A stretch of DNA of 64,000 nucleotides, taken from sequence record NC_049850.1. One strand, 5' to 3'. Positions 1 to 8,832 of the stretch are shown piece after piece. Within the stretch, counting starts at the first letter, position 1; every line of letters starts with the position of its first letter. The notes beneath the pieces were generated by a model. That model searched no databases. It worked only from the letters and a program-made list of their open reading frames with translations, and was not told the origin of the DNA. A program made the translations under genes and the position numbers.

Positions 1-68
1 TATGGCGTTTCTCCCGCTGAACTGGAGGAACTGCTGTTTAAGGCACTGGGCGACTAACTGAGGGGTGT

Positions 69-257
69 ATGATGACCGTCAAGAAAAGCAAGCTTTGGAG
101 TTTGCGCCGCGACCCGAAAACGGGCGTGCTCGATTGGAAACTGGAACAGGCAGTGACCGACGACAGGGCGGCCGAGTGGCTGATTGAATACGCGATGCAC
201 GAACCGAAAATCGAGTTTCGCGTAAGCCCTAAGAAACCGGCCAAACCCGCCAAATGA
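69..257 (+). CDS. hypothetical protein (62 aa)
   Basis: ORF track; AGGGG RBS before ATG; no family recognised. Confidence 0.65.
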   Translation: MMTVKKSKLWSLRRDPKTGVLDWKLEQAVTDDRAAEWLIEYAMHEPKIEFRVSPKKPAKPAK

Positions 258-263
258 GGGGAC

Positions 264-497
264 GTGATGAAAACTACCTACATCGGACAGACTAAGGTAA
301 TCGTTCGCGGTGCGCGTTACTTCCGGTTGACGGACGCGAGCGCGGAAGCGGCAACCAGTGCGGAATGGGCGGACGGCGTTCTAGCGCGCCCCGCCGTCAT
401 CTACCCGAACGGCCGTAACTCGCACGAAGTAGCAGGGGAGATTCTGGAACGCGCAGAAGACACGCTAATCGATTACCTGCTAGTCGTAGGCCAGTAA
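264..497 (+). CDS. hypothetical protein (77 aa)
   Basis: GAGGGG RBS; directly follows previous gene. Confidence 0.7.
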   Translation: MMKTTYIGQTKVIVRGARYFRLTDASAEAATSAEWADGVLARPAVIYPNGRNSHEVAGEILERAEDTLIDYLLVVGQ

Positions 498-655
498 TTA
501 CACGCTTACACGTAGAAACGCACGAATCCACGCGATTTTGTGCGTTTTCTCGCATGTAATTGCGTTACACGCTCGCCCGTAAGGGGCTAACGTGTAATTA
601 ATTACGTGTAAGTGTGGCGCTGACACAACAGTCTGTAATTAATTACAGATTGTGC

Positions 656-684
656 TTGCGCTCGTCCGCGCAATCCTCTATAGT
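656..684 (+). promoter_or_regulatory. sigma70-type promoter TTGCGC-N17-TATAGT, preceded by palindrome TCTGTAATTAATTACAGA
   Basis: read directly from sequence; precedes gene at 727. Confidence 0.6.
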
Positions 685-726
685 TGAGTCACTGGATAAC
701 GCAACACAACTAAAGGAGTAAGGATC

Positions 727-882
727 ATGGCAAAGACGAACCAAACGGGCTGGCGCGTCGCACTCGAAACGCGCTTTGGTCGCGGTAACGTGCGGGTGTC
801 GGGCGAGTGGGTAGAGGTGAAGGGCGAGAGCCGGGGCGGTAACATCGTGTGGCACAAGGCGGGGCGCGTCGATGCACTCTAA
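727..882 (+). CDS. hypothetical protein (51 aa, MAKTNQTGW...; below ORF-track cutoff)
   Basis: AAGGAG/AAGGA RBS, ATG 727, TAA 880-882. Confidence 0.65.
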   Translation: MAKTNQTGWRVALETRFGRGNVRVSGEWVEVKGESRGGNIVWHKAGRVDAL

Positions 883-1001
883 ACCGCGTGTCCGACGAGC
901 CGACTACGGCTATGCAGTGTGTTTTGATGGTGTACAAATGACGTTCCGCACATGGGAACGCGCTGTTAGCTACGCGGGTCGATTGACACGCGCAGTAAAG
1001 T

Positions 1002-1024
1002 AAAGGGGCCGCAAGGCCCCTTTT
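1002..1024. terminator. bidirectional intrinsic terminator AAAGGGGCC-GCAA-GGCCCCTTTT
   Basis: GC hairpin flanked by A and T tracts between convergent genes. Confidence 0.8.
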
Positions 1025-1040
1025 GTCGTTCTGCTGTCGC

Positions 1041-1358
1041 TTACCAGTCGTGCAGTGTGGGCGCGTCCGGCCCGTCGATCTTCATCGGGGTTCCGGTCAG
1101 CTTCAACGCATGATCGAATTCAGCGAGTATCGCCATGACCGACGACAGCGGCGGATAGTCGTCATCCAGCAAGTTACCATTCTTGTCTGAGAACGAAGCA
1201 CTGCCCATACCCATGCAGAACGAAGCCGCACGGTTAGGGCCGCGCAGCACGCGCCGGGCTTCACGCTCTATCATGGTCAACGCGTGTTCCGTAGCCTGAG
1301 CTAACAGGCCGTCGATGACAGCCATACCAGACTTCACAACAGGGCTTGCCTTATACAT
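1041..1358 (-). CDS. hypothetical protein (105 aa, MYKASPVVKSG...)
   Basis: AAGGGGAA RBS; start moved from 1469 to 1358. Confidence 0.65.
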   Translation of the reverse strand: MYKASPVVKSGMAVIDGLLAQATEHALTMIEREARRVLRGPNRAASFCMGMGSASFSDKNGNLLDDDYPPLSSVMAILAEFDHALKLTGTPMKIDGPDAPTLHDW

Positions 1359-1500
1359 GGTGTTCCCCTTCGATGCCCGCGCGAACGCGGTATTTTTCAC
1401 GTGCACGGGCCGCGCGTGCGTCCTGTACCGTATTCCACAGGACGACGAGCGCGACGGCACCCGCGCCATAAACGATAAATGTCGCGACGATTTGCGCCAT
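1351..1500 (-). CDS. small membrane protein (49 aa, one predicted TM helix)
   Basis: MAQIVATFIVYGAGAVALVVLW hydrophobic stretch. Confidence 0.45.
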   Translation of the reverse strand: MAQIVATFIVYGAGAVALVVLWNTVQDARAARAREKYRVRAGIEGEHHV

Positions 1501-1517
1501 GTTAGACGATCCTGTAA

Positions 1518-1658
1518 TTAGATGCCGAGCACGGCACGGGCCGCCAATATGACGCGCAACGAGCCCGTTACGTGCCATCCTGCCGGGTCTTTCGCTTCAA
1601 CGCGCGACGCGTCCGCGTTCGTGCGGTACGTGTAGCCGTTCAATTCAAACTCCGTCAT
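1518..1658 (-). CDS. hypothetical protein (46 aa, MTEFELNGYTY...)
   Basis: AAGGGG RBS; translated by hand. Confidence 0.55.
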   Translation of the reverse strand: MTEFELNGYTYRTNADASRVEAKDPAGWHVTGSLRVILAARAVLGI

Positions 1659-1668
1659 TTGATGCCCC

Positions 1669-1851
1669 TTAGTCTGCGTTTTCATCGTCGCCCGTCACGT
1701 CGTCCAGCTTCTTTTGAAGGGCCGCGATTTGCTTCTGGATAGACGCCTTCAATCCCTTACCAGCCATGAGACCGGCCAGCCCGCCTATGTAGCTGCGCGG
1801 ATCGTTTTCCAGCTTCTCAATGGCATCAATCAGTTCGTTGATGGTCATCAC
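1669..1851 (-). CDS. hypothetical protein (60 aa)
   Basis: first gene after dyad promoter 1881-1935; AAGGGG RBS. Confidence 0.7.
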   Translation of the reverse strand: MMTINELIDAIEKLENDPRSYIGGLAGLMAGKGLKASIQKQIAALQKKLDDVTGDDENAD

Positions 1852-1880
1852 TGCCCCTTGCTTGTTGAATCGATGAGTGA

Positions 1881-1935
1881 ATCATACACGATAAATAAGC
1901 CCGTCAACAATACCCGACCTATACTCGGGGTTATT
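1881..1935. promoter_or_regulatory. 27-bp dyad (1909-1935) between a leftward TTGACG..TATGAT promoter (spacer only 15) and a probable rightward promoter (TATGAT 1958-1963)
   Basis: AATACCCGACCTATACTCGGGGTTATT; genes diverge from here. Confidence 0.6.
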
Positions 1936-1993
1936 ATGCATGCGGGCCCGCGTGTGCTATGATTCGTACATCAATCAACTAAGCGAGTCAGAC

Positions 1994-2206
1994 ATGATCC
2001 TTGCAATGGTCAACGCAGCACGTCGCCGGGGCGGTAACGCTCAGGCAGTAGTGGCGAACGCGTATGAACGCGCATGCGAGTGGGTTGCGGATTGTGGCGG
2101 CGACGTGCGGGAATGGTTCGTGTATGAGGTGCGATGCGTGACCGATTTCGACGGCGCGGATCGTGAGACGTGCGATTGGCTCGCGCAACAATTACAGGAA
2201 GTGTGA
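1994..2206 (+). CDS. hypothetical protein (70 aa)
   Basis: in-frame ATG 1994 downstream of rightward -10. Confidence 0.55.
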   Translation: MILAMVNAARRRGGNAQAVVANAYERACEWVADCGGDVREWFVYEVRCVTDFDGADRETCDWLAQQLQEV

Positions 2207-2313
2207 ATGATCGTCGTTAAGGTAGTGTTGTGTGCATGGGTCGGATACTGCGCCTGTGCGATGGCTCGCGATATCTGGCGTGAGTACATGCCGCGTCGCC
2301 CGGAGGTTTAATC

Positions 2314-2601
2314 ATGGCGCGATCAATGGTAGGAACAGCAGCGAAGGGCAAGGGCGAACCTGCACGCCCGGCCACGCCGACCGAATGGGAAGTGTTCTGT
2401 AAAGTCTGGCGCGATCACTTCGGGGATACGAGCCCGACGCGCGCCGCGTTCGACCTGTGGCAATTGTCGCGTAAGCGTGCACTCGGGCAGGCGGCGCGAC
2501 TCCATAGCCAATGGGCGGGAATGTGTCCGGCAGGATCGGGCCGCGCCTACAATCATTCGCTGTATGCGAGCGCGATTACCGACCTATACAAGGATGAATA
2601 G
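2314..2601 (+). CDS. hypothetical protein (95 aa)
   Basis: GGAGG RBS. Confidence 0.65.
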   Translation: MARSMVGTAAKGKGEPARPATPTEWEVFCKVWRDHFGDTSPTRAAFDLWQLSRKRALGQAARLHSQWAGMCPAGSGRAYNHSLYASAITDLYKDE

Positions 2602-2602
2602 C

Positions 2603-2779
2603 ATGCAGGTTAAGATACAGCCGACGACCGGGGGCCGCGTTCGTGTCGTCATCGCGAGCGGCTATCGTGCGGGCGCATTCGTGTGTCACGCCTCATCCGA
2701 TTTCCCTGTCGTCTGGCCCGACGTAGACGCGGCTAAGACATGGTGCGCGATGACGGGCTATGAGGTAGTGGCACCATGA
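2603..2779 (+). CDS. hypothetical protein (58 aa, MQVKIQ...)
   Basis: AAGGA RBS; ATGA overlap with next gene. Confidence 0.6.
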   Translation: MQVKIQPTTGGRVRVVIASGYRAGAFVCHASSDFPVVWPDVDAAKTWCAMTGYEVVAP

Positions 2780-3006
2780 CCGCGCGCCCGTCTAAGCCGG
2801 TCTCCGTCCGCGTGAAGCGGAATATCTGGGGCAATTGGAACGCGTATGAAGGCGTGCACCACGTGCGCGAGCTAGGCGTGTCCGAATTCATGGCCCGCGA
2901 ATGGCTGCACGAACGCATGTCACGCGGGGATTGCGTGCTGTCTCCATCGTCGGACGTGAACCAGACGGAGTTAGACGAGCATAGGCGGCGCGTGTACGGA
3001 TCATGA
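2776..3006 (+). CDS. hypothetical protein (76 aa), similar to N-terminus of 7290-7991
   Basis: GAGG RBS; KRNIWGNWNAYEG motif. Confidence 0.7.
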   Translation: MTARPSKPVSVRVKRNIWGNWNAYEGVHHVRELGVSEFMAREWLHERMSRGDCVLSPSSDVNQTELDEHRRRVYGS

Positions 3007-3007
3007 G

Positions 3008-3030
3008 AAAAGGGGGCCTAGGCCCCCTTT
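3008..3030. terminator. bidirectional intrinsic terminator AAAAGGGGGCC-TA-GGCCCCCTTT
   Basis: hairpin between convergent genes. Confidence 0.8.
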
Positions 3031-3048
3031 CGTTCGTCTACAAGCCCG

Positions 3049-3243
3049 CTACAGACCTATTGCGATAGCGTGTGCGGCCGCCCGCTTGTCATCGTCGCGT
3101 GTCCACACGTCCGGGCCCGTGTTGCGATAGATCGTGTTATAGGTGTCGAGCCCGAATTTATCGCCCATGTACCGGAATACGATCAATTCGCCCAGATCGC
3201 CCGCCCGTTCATACACGGGCTTTGCTTTCACCTTAGCTTGCAT
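3049..3243 (-). CDS. hypothetical protein (64 aa)
   Basis: AAGGGG RBS. Confidence 0.7.
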   Translation of the reverse strand: MQAKVKAKPVYERAGDLGELIVFRYMGDKFGLDTYNTIYRNTGPDVWTRDDDKRAAAHAIAIGL

Positions 3244-3252
3244 ATAGCCCCC

Positions 3253-3462
3253 TTATCGAGCCCATGCGGCACGGGCCCGGGCCATCACTTCCGCTTCGTC
3301 GTAACCCATGACCGGGGCAATCCCGACACGTGCGCATGCTGCACGCAACGCCTTGCGCTGTGCGCCCAGCGTGCTGCACATAGCGGGCACGACGTGCCCC
3401 GCGTTCGTGAGTGCGATGCGGGTTTGTGCAATGTTCAGCGTGTTCGTTTCGATGCGGGCCAT
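3253..3462 (-). CDS. hypothetical protein (69 aa)
   Basis: first gene after promoter 3497-3554; leader AACCCGAAGGGGAACGCC-ATG. Confidence 0.7.
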   Translation of the reverse strand: MARIETNTLNIAQTRIALTNAGHVVPAMCSTLGAQRKALRAACARVGIAPVMGYDEAEVMARARAAWAR

Positions 3463-3496
3463 GGCGTTCCCCTTCGGGTTTGTTGAACATGCCCAA

Positions 3497-3554
3497 ATGA
3501 TAAAGGCCCCGATTGGGGCCTGTCAACAATACCTTAGTGAAATGCTGGGGTTAT
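3497..3554 (-). promoter_or_regulatory. early promoter TTGACA-N18-TATCAT with palindromic spacer and upstream dyad
   Basis: spacer GGCCCCAATCGGGGCC. Confidence 0.8.
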
Positions 3555-3727
3555 ACGCGTTCGACGTATTGCCCCGAACGATAGGAGCGCGTAGAGGAAA
3601 CGCGCCCCTCGAATTCCAGATCGAACGTTACGATTCCGTTCGCGTCATAGACGAACAGGACAAGGCCCCGCGCACCGTCGATTTTCAGCGTATCGCCCGC
3701 TTGCACGTCCCGCGCTCTTACTTGCAT
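3551..3727 (-). CDS. hypothetical protein (58 aa, MQVRARDVQAGDTL..., possibly KOW/SH3-like)
   Basis: GAGGTG RBS; stop lies inside dyad; translated by hand. Confidence 0.6.
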   Translation of the reverse strand: MQVRARDVQAGDTLKIDGARGLVLFVYDANGIVTFDLEFEGRVSSTRSYRSGQYVERV

Positions 3728-3773
3728 GGTGTATCACCTCTAGGTGAATGCGGGGCCGGGCGGCCCCGCATGG

Positions 3774-4418
3774 TTAGATATACTGGCGTTGCTTGTAGCT
3801 CAGGGGGCTAGGATACTTCGGGGCCGGGTCGAGCAGCCAAGCGCGGATTTGATCGGCGCAAGACTTGCGGAACGCAGACCGGAAATTACGCGTGCGCAGC
3901 AGCGTAACGCATGCCGGGTATTGATCGCCCATCGCATCACGCAGAGCCGCCACACGTTCGACCGTGCACCCGATTTCGGCCGCAACCGCCGCATCGGCCG
4001 CCGCTTGCTCTGCTGCCTTGCGCGCTGCTTCCGATTCGCGCTGGGCTTGTGCTTCCGCCGCCCGCTTTGCTTTCCATGCTTCGTGCGCTGCGATCACATC
4101 GGGCGTTGCGTCCGGCTTCGATCCGTAGCACGGATATGACCAGCCCCGAGTCGTCGCAAAGAGAATGTCTTCGCGACAGCCCTTTTCAGGGTTCCAGACG
4201 GCCATATACCAATCGGAATCATCGTATCCGTTACGTTCGTAATCGAACAGGCAGAGACCTACATGCGACAGGCTAATGGTGCACGAACCATCCTCTTTCA
4301 GCGCGCCGCCATTGTACATATACGAGTGTGCTTCGGCCGCGTCCGGATACCACGGGGTATAGTCGCCGTCCGCGCTGTACACCTTCCCGCCCTTTGCCTC
4401 AAGATTGATGATTGCCAT
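3774..4418 (-). CDS. hypothetical protein (214 aa)
   Basis: first gene after promoter 4454-4510; GGGGAA RBS. Confidence 0.85.
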   Translation of the reverse strand: MAIINLEAKGGKVYSADGDYTPWYPDAAEAHSYMYNGGALKEDGSCTISLSHVGLCLFDYERNGYDDSDWYMAVWNPEKGCREDILFATTRGWSYPCYGSKPDATPDVIAAHEAWKAKRAAEAQAQRESEAARKAAEQAAADAAVAAEIGCTVERVAALRDAMGDQYPACVTLLRTRNFRSAFRKSCADQIRAWLLDPAPKYPSPLSYKQRQYI

Positions 4419-4453
4419 TTCGTTCCCCGTCTGGGTTTGTTGAGCATGTACAA

Positions 4454-4510
4454 ATGATAGCGGCCCCGATCGGGGCCGTCAACAATAACCCTTCACTTTA
4501 TGGGGTTATT
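4454..4510 (-). promoter_or_regulatory. early promoter TTGACG-N17-TATCAT with perfect palindrome GGCCCCGATCGGGGCC and 27-bp dyad 4484-4510
   Basis: read directly. Confidence 0.85.
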
Positions 4511-4713
4511 CAGTAGGCGAGCAGATCGCGCAGCGCGTCGCGGTTTTTCGACATATGGTCGATGATCGCGAGCCGTTCGCGTAACCCGATATTGCGGAAC
4601 GCGGGGCACCCGTCGAGCAGATCGCCCAGCAAACCGTCCCGATATTCGAGTGCCTTTTCCATGGTGTCGAATTGCTTGCCCCGCGTTACATAGACCCTCT
4701 TTTCTTCGATCAC
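4510..4713 (-). CDS. hypothetical protein (67 aa)
   Basis: GTG start with AGGGGA RBS. Confidence 0.6.
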   Translation of the reverse strand: MIEEKRVYVTRGKQFDTMEKALEYRDGLLGDLLDGCPAFRNIGLRERLAIIDHMSKNRDALRDLLAY

Positions 4714-4950
4714 GATAAATCCCCTGTGTTATGCGAGCCAGACAGCCAGCGATGCGACGCTGGAAAGCGTGGTGCGGGCCGAACGGTGCGCCTTGTGCCA
4801 CGCAGCGCGAGCCGTGCGCGCCGGGTGCGCCCAGTTAGCGCGATCCGCGTAGAGTGCGCACGCCAGCTTATAGCGTTCGTCGCGCAATTGTTCGATAGTG
4901 TGCATGATGGTGTTTCCGTGTGAAGGGGCGCACTGCGCCCCCTGTCTGGT

Positions 4951-5169
4951 TTAGCTGCGATCCATGATGAAGCGCGAGACAGCGCGGGGCGTGTTCAGAC
5001 GAACCGTTTCGTACTCCGTCCGGACAGCCGCGCCGTTATAGACGCGCACGGGGTCTTGCACTTCGATAGAACCGTCCTGCATGGATGCGACCGTGTAGCC
5101 GTCACGTTCCAGAATTGCCACGTAGGGCTTCATTGCGTGGAACAGTTCGATTGCGTTAGCTTGTGCCAT
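4951..5169 (-). CDS. hypothetical protein (72 aa)
   Basis: first gene after promoter 5206-5262. Confidence 0.75.
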   Translation of the reverse strand: MAQANAIELFHAMKPYVAILERDGYTVASMQDGSIEVQDPVRVYNGAAVRTEYETVRLNTPRAVSRFIMDRS

Positions 5170-5205
5170 GGTGCTGACTCCGTGCGCTGCGTTGAAAGTG
5201 ATTCC

Positions 5206-5262
5206 ATTATGGGGCGTGTTCGACGCCCCGTCAACAGTACCCGACTAAAACGCGGGGTCTTT
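5206..5262 (-). promoter_or_regulatory. early promoter TTGACG-N17-CATAAT with dyad
   Basis: spacer GGGCGT-CGAAC-ACGCCC; leader TCACTTTCAACGCA. Confidence 0.8.
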
Positions 5263-5425
5263 AAACCGCTACCAGTTCATCCGCCCGGAAGTGCCCGCGC
5301 ACGCCGTAGCGGTTTTCGCAGACGATGAATTCACCCTCGAAGCCGATCACGTGGATCGTTGCGGCATTGACGCCCGTAAGGATGCGAGCGCGAACAGCTT
5401 GGTTGAGTGCGAATGCGTGTTTCAT
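5261..5425 (-). CDS. hypothetical protein (54 aa, MKHAFALNQ...)
   Basis: own promoter TTGACG-N17-CATAAT at 5459-5487. Confidence 0.6.
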   Translation of the reverse strand: MKHAFALNQAVRARILTGVNAATIHVIGFEGEFIVCENRYGVRGHFRADELVAV

Positions 5426-5500
5426 TTCGTTGTCCTGATTGATTGAGGTATGGGCTAGATTATGACGGGGCTTTCTCACCCCGTCAACACCTATTTTTGA

Positions 5501-5779
5501 TTATTCTGCGTCCGTGTCCGCTTGTTTGACGAGGTAGCCCCAGCCTTTGTAATCCGGATCGGTTTCCGCACGATAGAACCCTTCCGCAGCCAGTGCCGAC
5601 AGGTGCCCGGCCCATTGGTTCGCGTTCATCACGTCGCGCACGCTGTCATACGCTGCATGCAGTTCGATTGCGCCGTTTTTGTGTTCGCGTGCTTCGATCA
5701 TGAGTGCCAGCTTTGCGCATAGTGCCAGATTGCCCGCGCGCTTTGCGATCTTGAGGCAGTGACGAGCGACTTTCGACAT
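5501..5779 (-). CDS. hypothetical protein (92 aa, MSKVARH...)
   Basis: GGAG RBS; promoter TTGCGC-N18-TACTAT with dyad at 5828-5882. Confidence 0.7.
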   Translation of the reverse strand: MSKVARHCLKIAKRAGNLALCAKLALMIEAREHKNGAIELHAAYDSVRDVMNANQWAGHLSALAAEGFYRAETDPDYKGWGYLVKQADTDAE

Positions 5780-5947
5780 GATGAACTCCGGTTTCTGGTT
5801 AGCGGTTCGTCGTGAACCAATGAACGTATAGTAACACGCGAAAAGGGGCGTGCGCAATACCCCTACAGAAAATAGGGTTATTGCGTCACGCCCCTTAAAC
5901 GGAGTCGTTATTCTGTGCCAGTCTAGGCCCGGCTCTTACCCGGAAAG

Positions 5948-6241
5948 TCAGCCATTTTTCGCCCCTTTCTCTACGTAATCGAGCCCTACCACGCAGCACG
6001 TCCGCGCGTCAACGATGCTATCGTCTTCGGCAAACGTGAATGCCGGGTGATCCGTATGCGGGTTGATCGTAACACCCGTAACCGTGTTGATGACTTCCCC
6101 GCCCCGGAATTTGTTGCCGCTGCGCTTGATGACGCGACGGCCGATAACTGCCGTGTAGTCGTCCGGATCGTCGCCCCATTCCGGGGTAATCTGGATTGCG
6201 CTGTACTTGCGCAGCAGCACACGTGTTTTCTTGTAGGCCAT
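5948..6241 (-). CDS. hypothetical protein (97 aa)
   Basis: AAGGGG RBS after stop of upstream gene. Confidence 0.7.
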   Translation of the reverse strand: MAYKKTRVLLRKYSAIQITPEWGDDPDDYTAVIGRRVIKRSGNKFRGGEVINTVTGVTINPHTDHPAFTFAEDDSIVDARTCCVVGLDYVEKGAKNG

Positions 6242-6250
6242 GCGCCGCCC

Positions 6251-6667
6251 TTACGCGTAGACGATGCGCCCGAGCGCCGCCGCCTGCATGATAACATCGG
6301 CCGTATCAGCATCGATGTGCGCCGTATCGCCTTCACGAATCGCGTGCAGGATCGCTGCCGCATAGTGCGGGGCCGCTTGCGCGTGGTCTGCCTTATCGGT
6401 CATGTCCCCGAGCAGCACCCGGCGCATGCCTTCCGCGATTTCGGCCGTCCCGATTTCGCACGTGCTCAGGGGTGTATCGCCGTCCCCGAACTCGTCCACG
6501 CGCACGCGATCCGGATACGTGATTTCGTGCTCGTCGGGTTCGGTGCGCTTCGTCACGTCGAATTCGCCCCAGTTCGGGGAGTAGCCCGTAATCGCCATGT
6601 CGATGACTTCACGGCAGAATTGCGCGCTCACGTCGAGCGTAAGCGGAATCAAGTGGCTTTTGGTCAT
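6251..6667 (-). CDS. hypothetical phage protein (138 aa) ending IDADTADVIMQAAALGRIVYA
   Basis: GGAG RBS; C-terminal motif recalls a widespread phage early-gene family (not verified). Confidence 0.75.
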   Translation of the reverse strand: MTKSHLIPLTLDVSAQFCREVIDMAITGYSPNWGEFDVTKRTEPDEHEITYPDRVRVDEFGDGDTPLSTCEIGTAEIAEGMRRVLLGDMTDKADHAQAAPHYAAAILHAIREGDTAHIDADTADVIMQAAALGRIVYA

Positions 6668-6701
6668 GGTGTACTCCGGTTCGTTGCGTGGTATATGGTT
6701 G

Positions 6702-6953
6702 TTACTGCGTGTCGCTGTCGTCGTGTTCCGTGCCGTCGTCGCCCGCGCTGTCGTCGTCGGCAAACTGCCCGAGCACGTAATCATTCGCGAGCCCGATAAT
6801 CCGGTCTTCCGCGTCTTCCGCATCCATGCCGTGCAGTTCGTCGGCCGTGAACAGGATAACCGCGTAGCCCCGCGCCTTCAGACCGCGCAGCATCGCGATT
6901 TCTTCGGGCGTCAGGTCGTTTTGTGCTGCGTTCGTGTTCGTTGCGTCGGTCAT
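6702..6953 (-). CDS. acidic hypothetical protein (83 aa, MTDATN...)
   Basis: GGAG RBS. Confidence 0.7.
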   Translation of the reverse strand: MTDATNTNAAQNDLTPEEIAMLRGLKARGYAVILFTADELHGMDAEDAEDRIIGLANDYVLGQFADDDSAGDDGTEHDDSDTQ

Positions 6954-7005
6954 GATGTACTCCGTTATGTAATCGATGGGGGCCGCGCTAGGCCCCTTGG
7001 TTTGG

Positions 7006-7203
7006 TTACTGTGCCGCTTTCTTCGCCTTGTCTGCGGCCCGTGCACGTCGGCAATGTTCGCATTGCTCGCCCGGCTGTGCCGCATCAAAGAACGGGCCCG
7101 ACACAAGGCCGTTAAGCGTGTCGCGCTTTTGATAGCCGCGCGCATAGCAAAGCGTCATCGTTGCGCCATTCTTGAATTTAGCTACCACGTGAAGCTTTGC
7201 CAT
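7006..7203 (-). CDS. hypothetical protein (65 aa, CEHC)
   Basis: first gene after promoter 7238-7294. Confidence 0.65.
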   Translation of the reverse strand: MAKLHVVAKFKNGATMTLCYARGYQKRDTLNGLVSGPFFDAAQPGEQCEHCRRARAADKAKKAAQ

Positions 7204-7237
7204 TTTGCGCCCCTGCGTTTCGTTGATCGATGGCTCT

Positions 7238-7294
7238 ATTCTGGGGCCCGCGTTTCGGGCTGTCAACAATACCCGACTAAAACGCGGGGTTATT
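7238..7294 (-). promoter_or_regulatory. early promoter TTGACA-N17-CAGAAT with dyad 7268-7294
   Basis: read directly. Confidence 0.8.
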
Positions 7295-7991
7295 TGGTCG
7301 GATGCCGGTCGATACAGGCTTGCGCTGCCTCGTCTACCGTGTCGAACAGGCCCGAATCCTCAACCCAGAATCGCGCGCTGTAACGATAGTTGTCGCCGAT
7401 AGGCTGAATCGCGAATCCCAGTTCACTGCACTGCGTAATCAGGCTCTGTGTATGCTGTTCGGCATCGCGCTTGCGTTGCACGTCGAAATGCGCGCGCATC
7501 AGTTCCCGAACGAGCCCGGTTCGCGCGCTGTCCATCGTCTGAAACGGGCCCGCGATGTTACGCTGTGCCGTTACGTCGAACACGTAGAAAGGCGCGTCGC
7601 GGCCGTCGCCCTGTAGCGTGCCATCGTCGGCCGTGCCGTCGATTACCAGACAGTTACCGTCGGCCGTGTAGCCGGTGCGCGCTTCGTCCAGTTCGCGAGC
7701 CTTTGCGCTCGCGCGCTTAACGGCCGCCCATGCGGTCGGGGCGGGGGCTGCTGCATCTTCCGTCTTCGCGACCGGTTCGGCATCCACGCGCGGCTGATGG
7801 TAGCGGCTGACAGCTTCCGCAACCTGTGCGGCGTCGATTTCCGACGCGGCGGACACCACGTGACCCTGTTCGATCAATTCGGCCATATAGCAGCAGACAG
7901 CCATTTCGCTATCGCCTTGCGGATGCGCGGTGCGGCCGATGTAGACGATCCAGTTACCGTGCATGTTCTTGCGTGCGCGAATCAGGGACAT
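7290..7991 (-). CDS. multi-domain hypothetical protein (233 aa)
   Basis: GGAG RBS; promoter TTGACG-N17-CAGAAT at 8027-8055. Confidence 0.8.
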   Translation of the reverse strand: MSLIRARKNMHGNWIVYIGRTAHPQGDSEMAVCCYMAELIEQGHVVSAASEIDAAQVAEAVSRYHQPRVDAEPVAKTEDAAAPAPTAWAAVKRASAKARELDEARTGYTADGNCLVIDGTADDGTLQGDGRDAPFYVFDVTAQRNIAGPFQTMDSARTGLVRELMRAHFDVQRKRDAEQHTQSLITQCSELGFAIQPIGDNYRYSARFWVEDSGLFDTVDEAAQACIDRHPTK

Positions 7992-8081
7992 GATGCTAAC
8001 TCCGTGTGTTGTGTGTCGATGTGTGTATTCTGGGGCCTATAGTCGGCCCCGTCAACTATTCCCGAGTAAATCACTCAGGTA

Positions 8082-8297
8082 TCACATAGTGCGTTGCCGT
8101 GTGTAGAGCACGCGGTTAATGTCGTCGCGGATGCACACACGATAGGGGCCGTCGCGTTCCACTATGTAGGCCCGCCACTTGTGAATTACGATCGTCCGCG
8201 CGCATCCATAGGTAATCATCTTGTGTTCACCTTCGTCCGCGATCATTTGCGCGTCCTCTTCCGCCAGCTTGGCGGGGCCGTCGTCGTTCGTGCTCAC
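8082..8297 (-). CDS. hypothetical protein (71 aa, GTG start)
   Basis: 3' part of ORF 8082-8576; GGGGG RBS. Confidence 0.5.
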   Translation of the reverse strand: MSTNDDGPAKLAEEDAQMIADEGEHKMITYGCARTIVIHKWRAYIVERDGPYRVCIRDDINRVLYTRQRTM

Positions 8298-8308
8298 GGT
8301 CGCCCCCG

Positions 8309-8746
8309 CTAGATGAGTGTCTGAGGATCGACGCCGTGCGCCGCGCCTATGCGCACGCGTGCGGCCCGGCTCGCCTCGTATTCCACGCGACAGAACTCGC
8401 TGAACTCGCGACCGACGAGGCGCGCGGCTATCGCCTCGTCCTGCCGTTCCTCGTATGCGGCGCGTTCGGGGCTTGCCGCATACTCTGCCTGAGCGGCGGC
8501 CCGTGCTTCTGTAGCGTGTTCGGCCTGCACGCGGTTCAATTCGATCCGTGCGCGTTCCGTGTTCAGCGTCAGGCACGAAAGCGCGTAGAACAGGCTTTCC
8601 CCGGTCTCCGTCACGTCAACGCGCCACGTGCTCAGGTAGCCCGTGCGCCCGCAACAATCGCACTTGGTGACTGTTCCGGTCGGGCCAATGATTCGAAACC
8701 CCGTTTCCGCGATGGTGCGTGCGCGTTCTGCCTTTTCGTCGTCCAT
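8309..8746 (-). CDS. hypothetical protein (145 aa) with CDCC...C putative metal site
   Basis: AAGGGGAA RBS. Confidence 0.75.
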   Translation of the reverse strand: MDDEKAERARTIAETGFRIIGPTGTVTKCDCCGRTGYLSTWRVDVTETGESLFYALSCLTLNTERARIELNRVQAEHATEARAAAQAEYAASPERAAYEERQDEAIAARLVGREFSEFCRVEYEASRAARVRIGAAHGVDPQTLI

Positions 8747-8832
8747 AGCAATTCCCCTTTCCTGTGATTGGTGAGTGTGTCAATCTCAGTATAGGATGCA
8801 CGCGCGAAAAGCAAAGGCGCACGTGATCCCGG

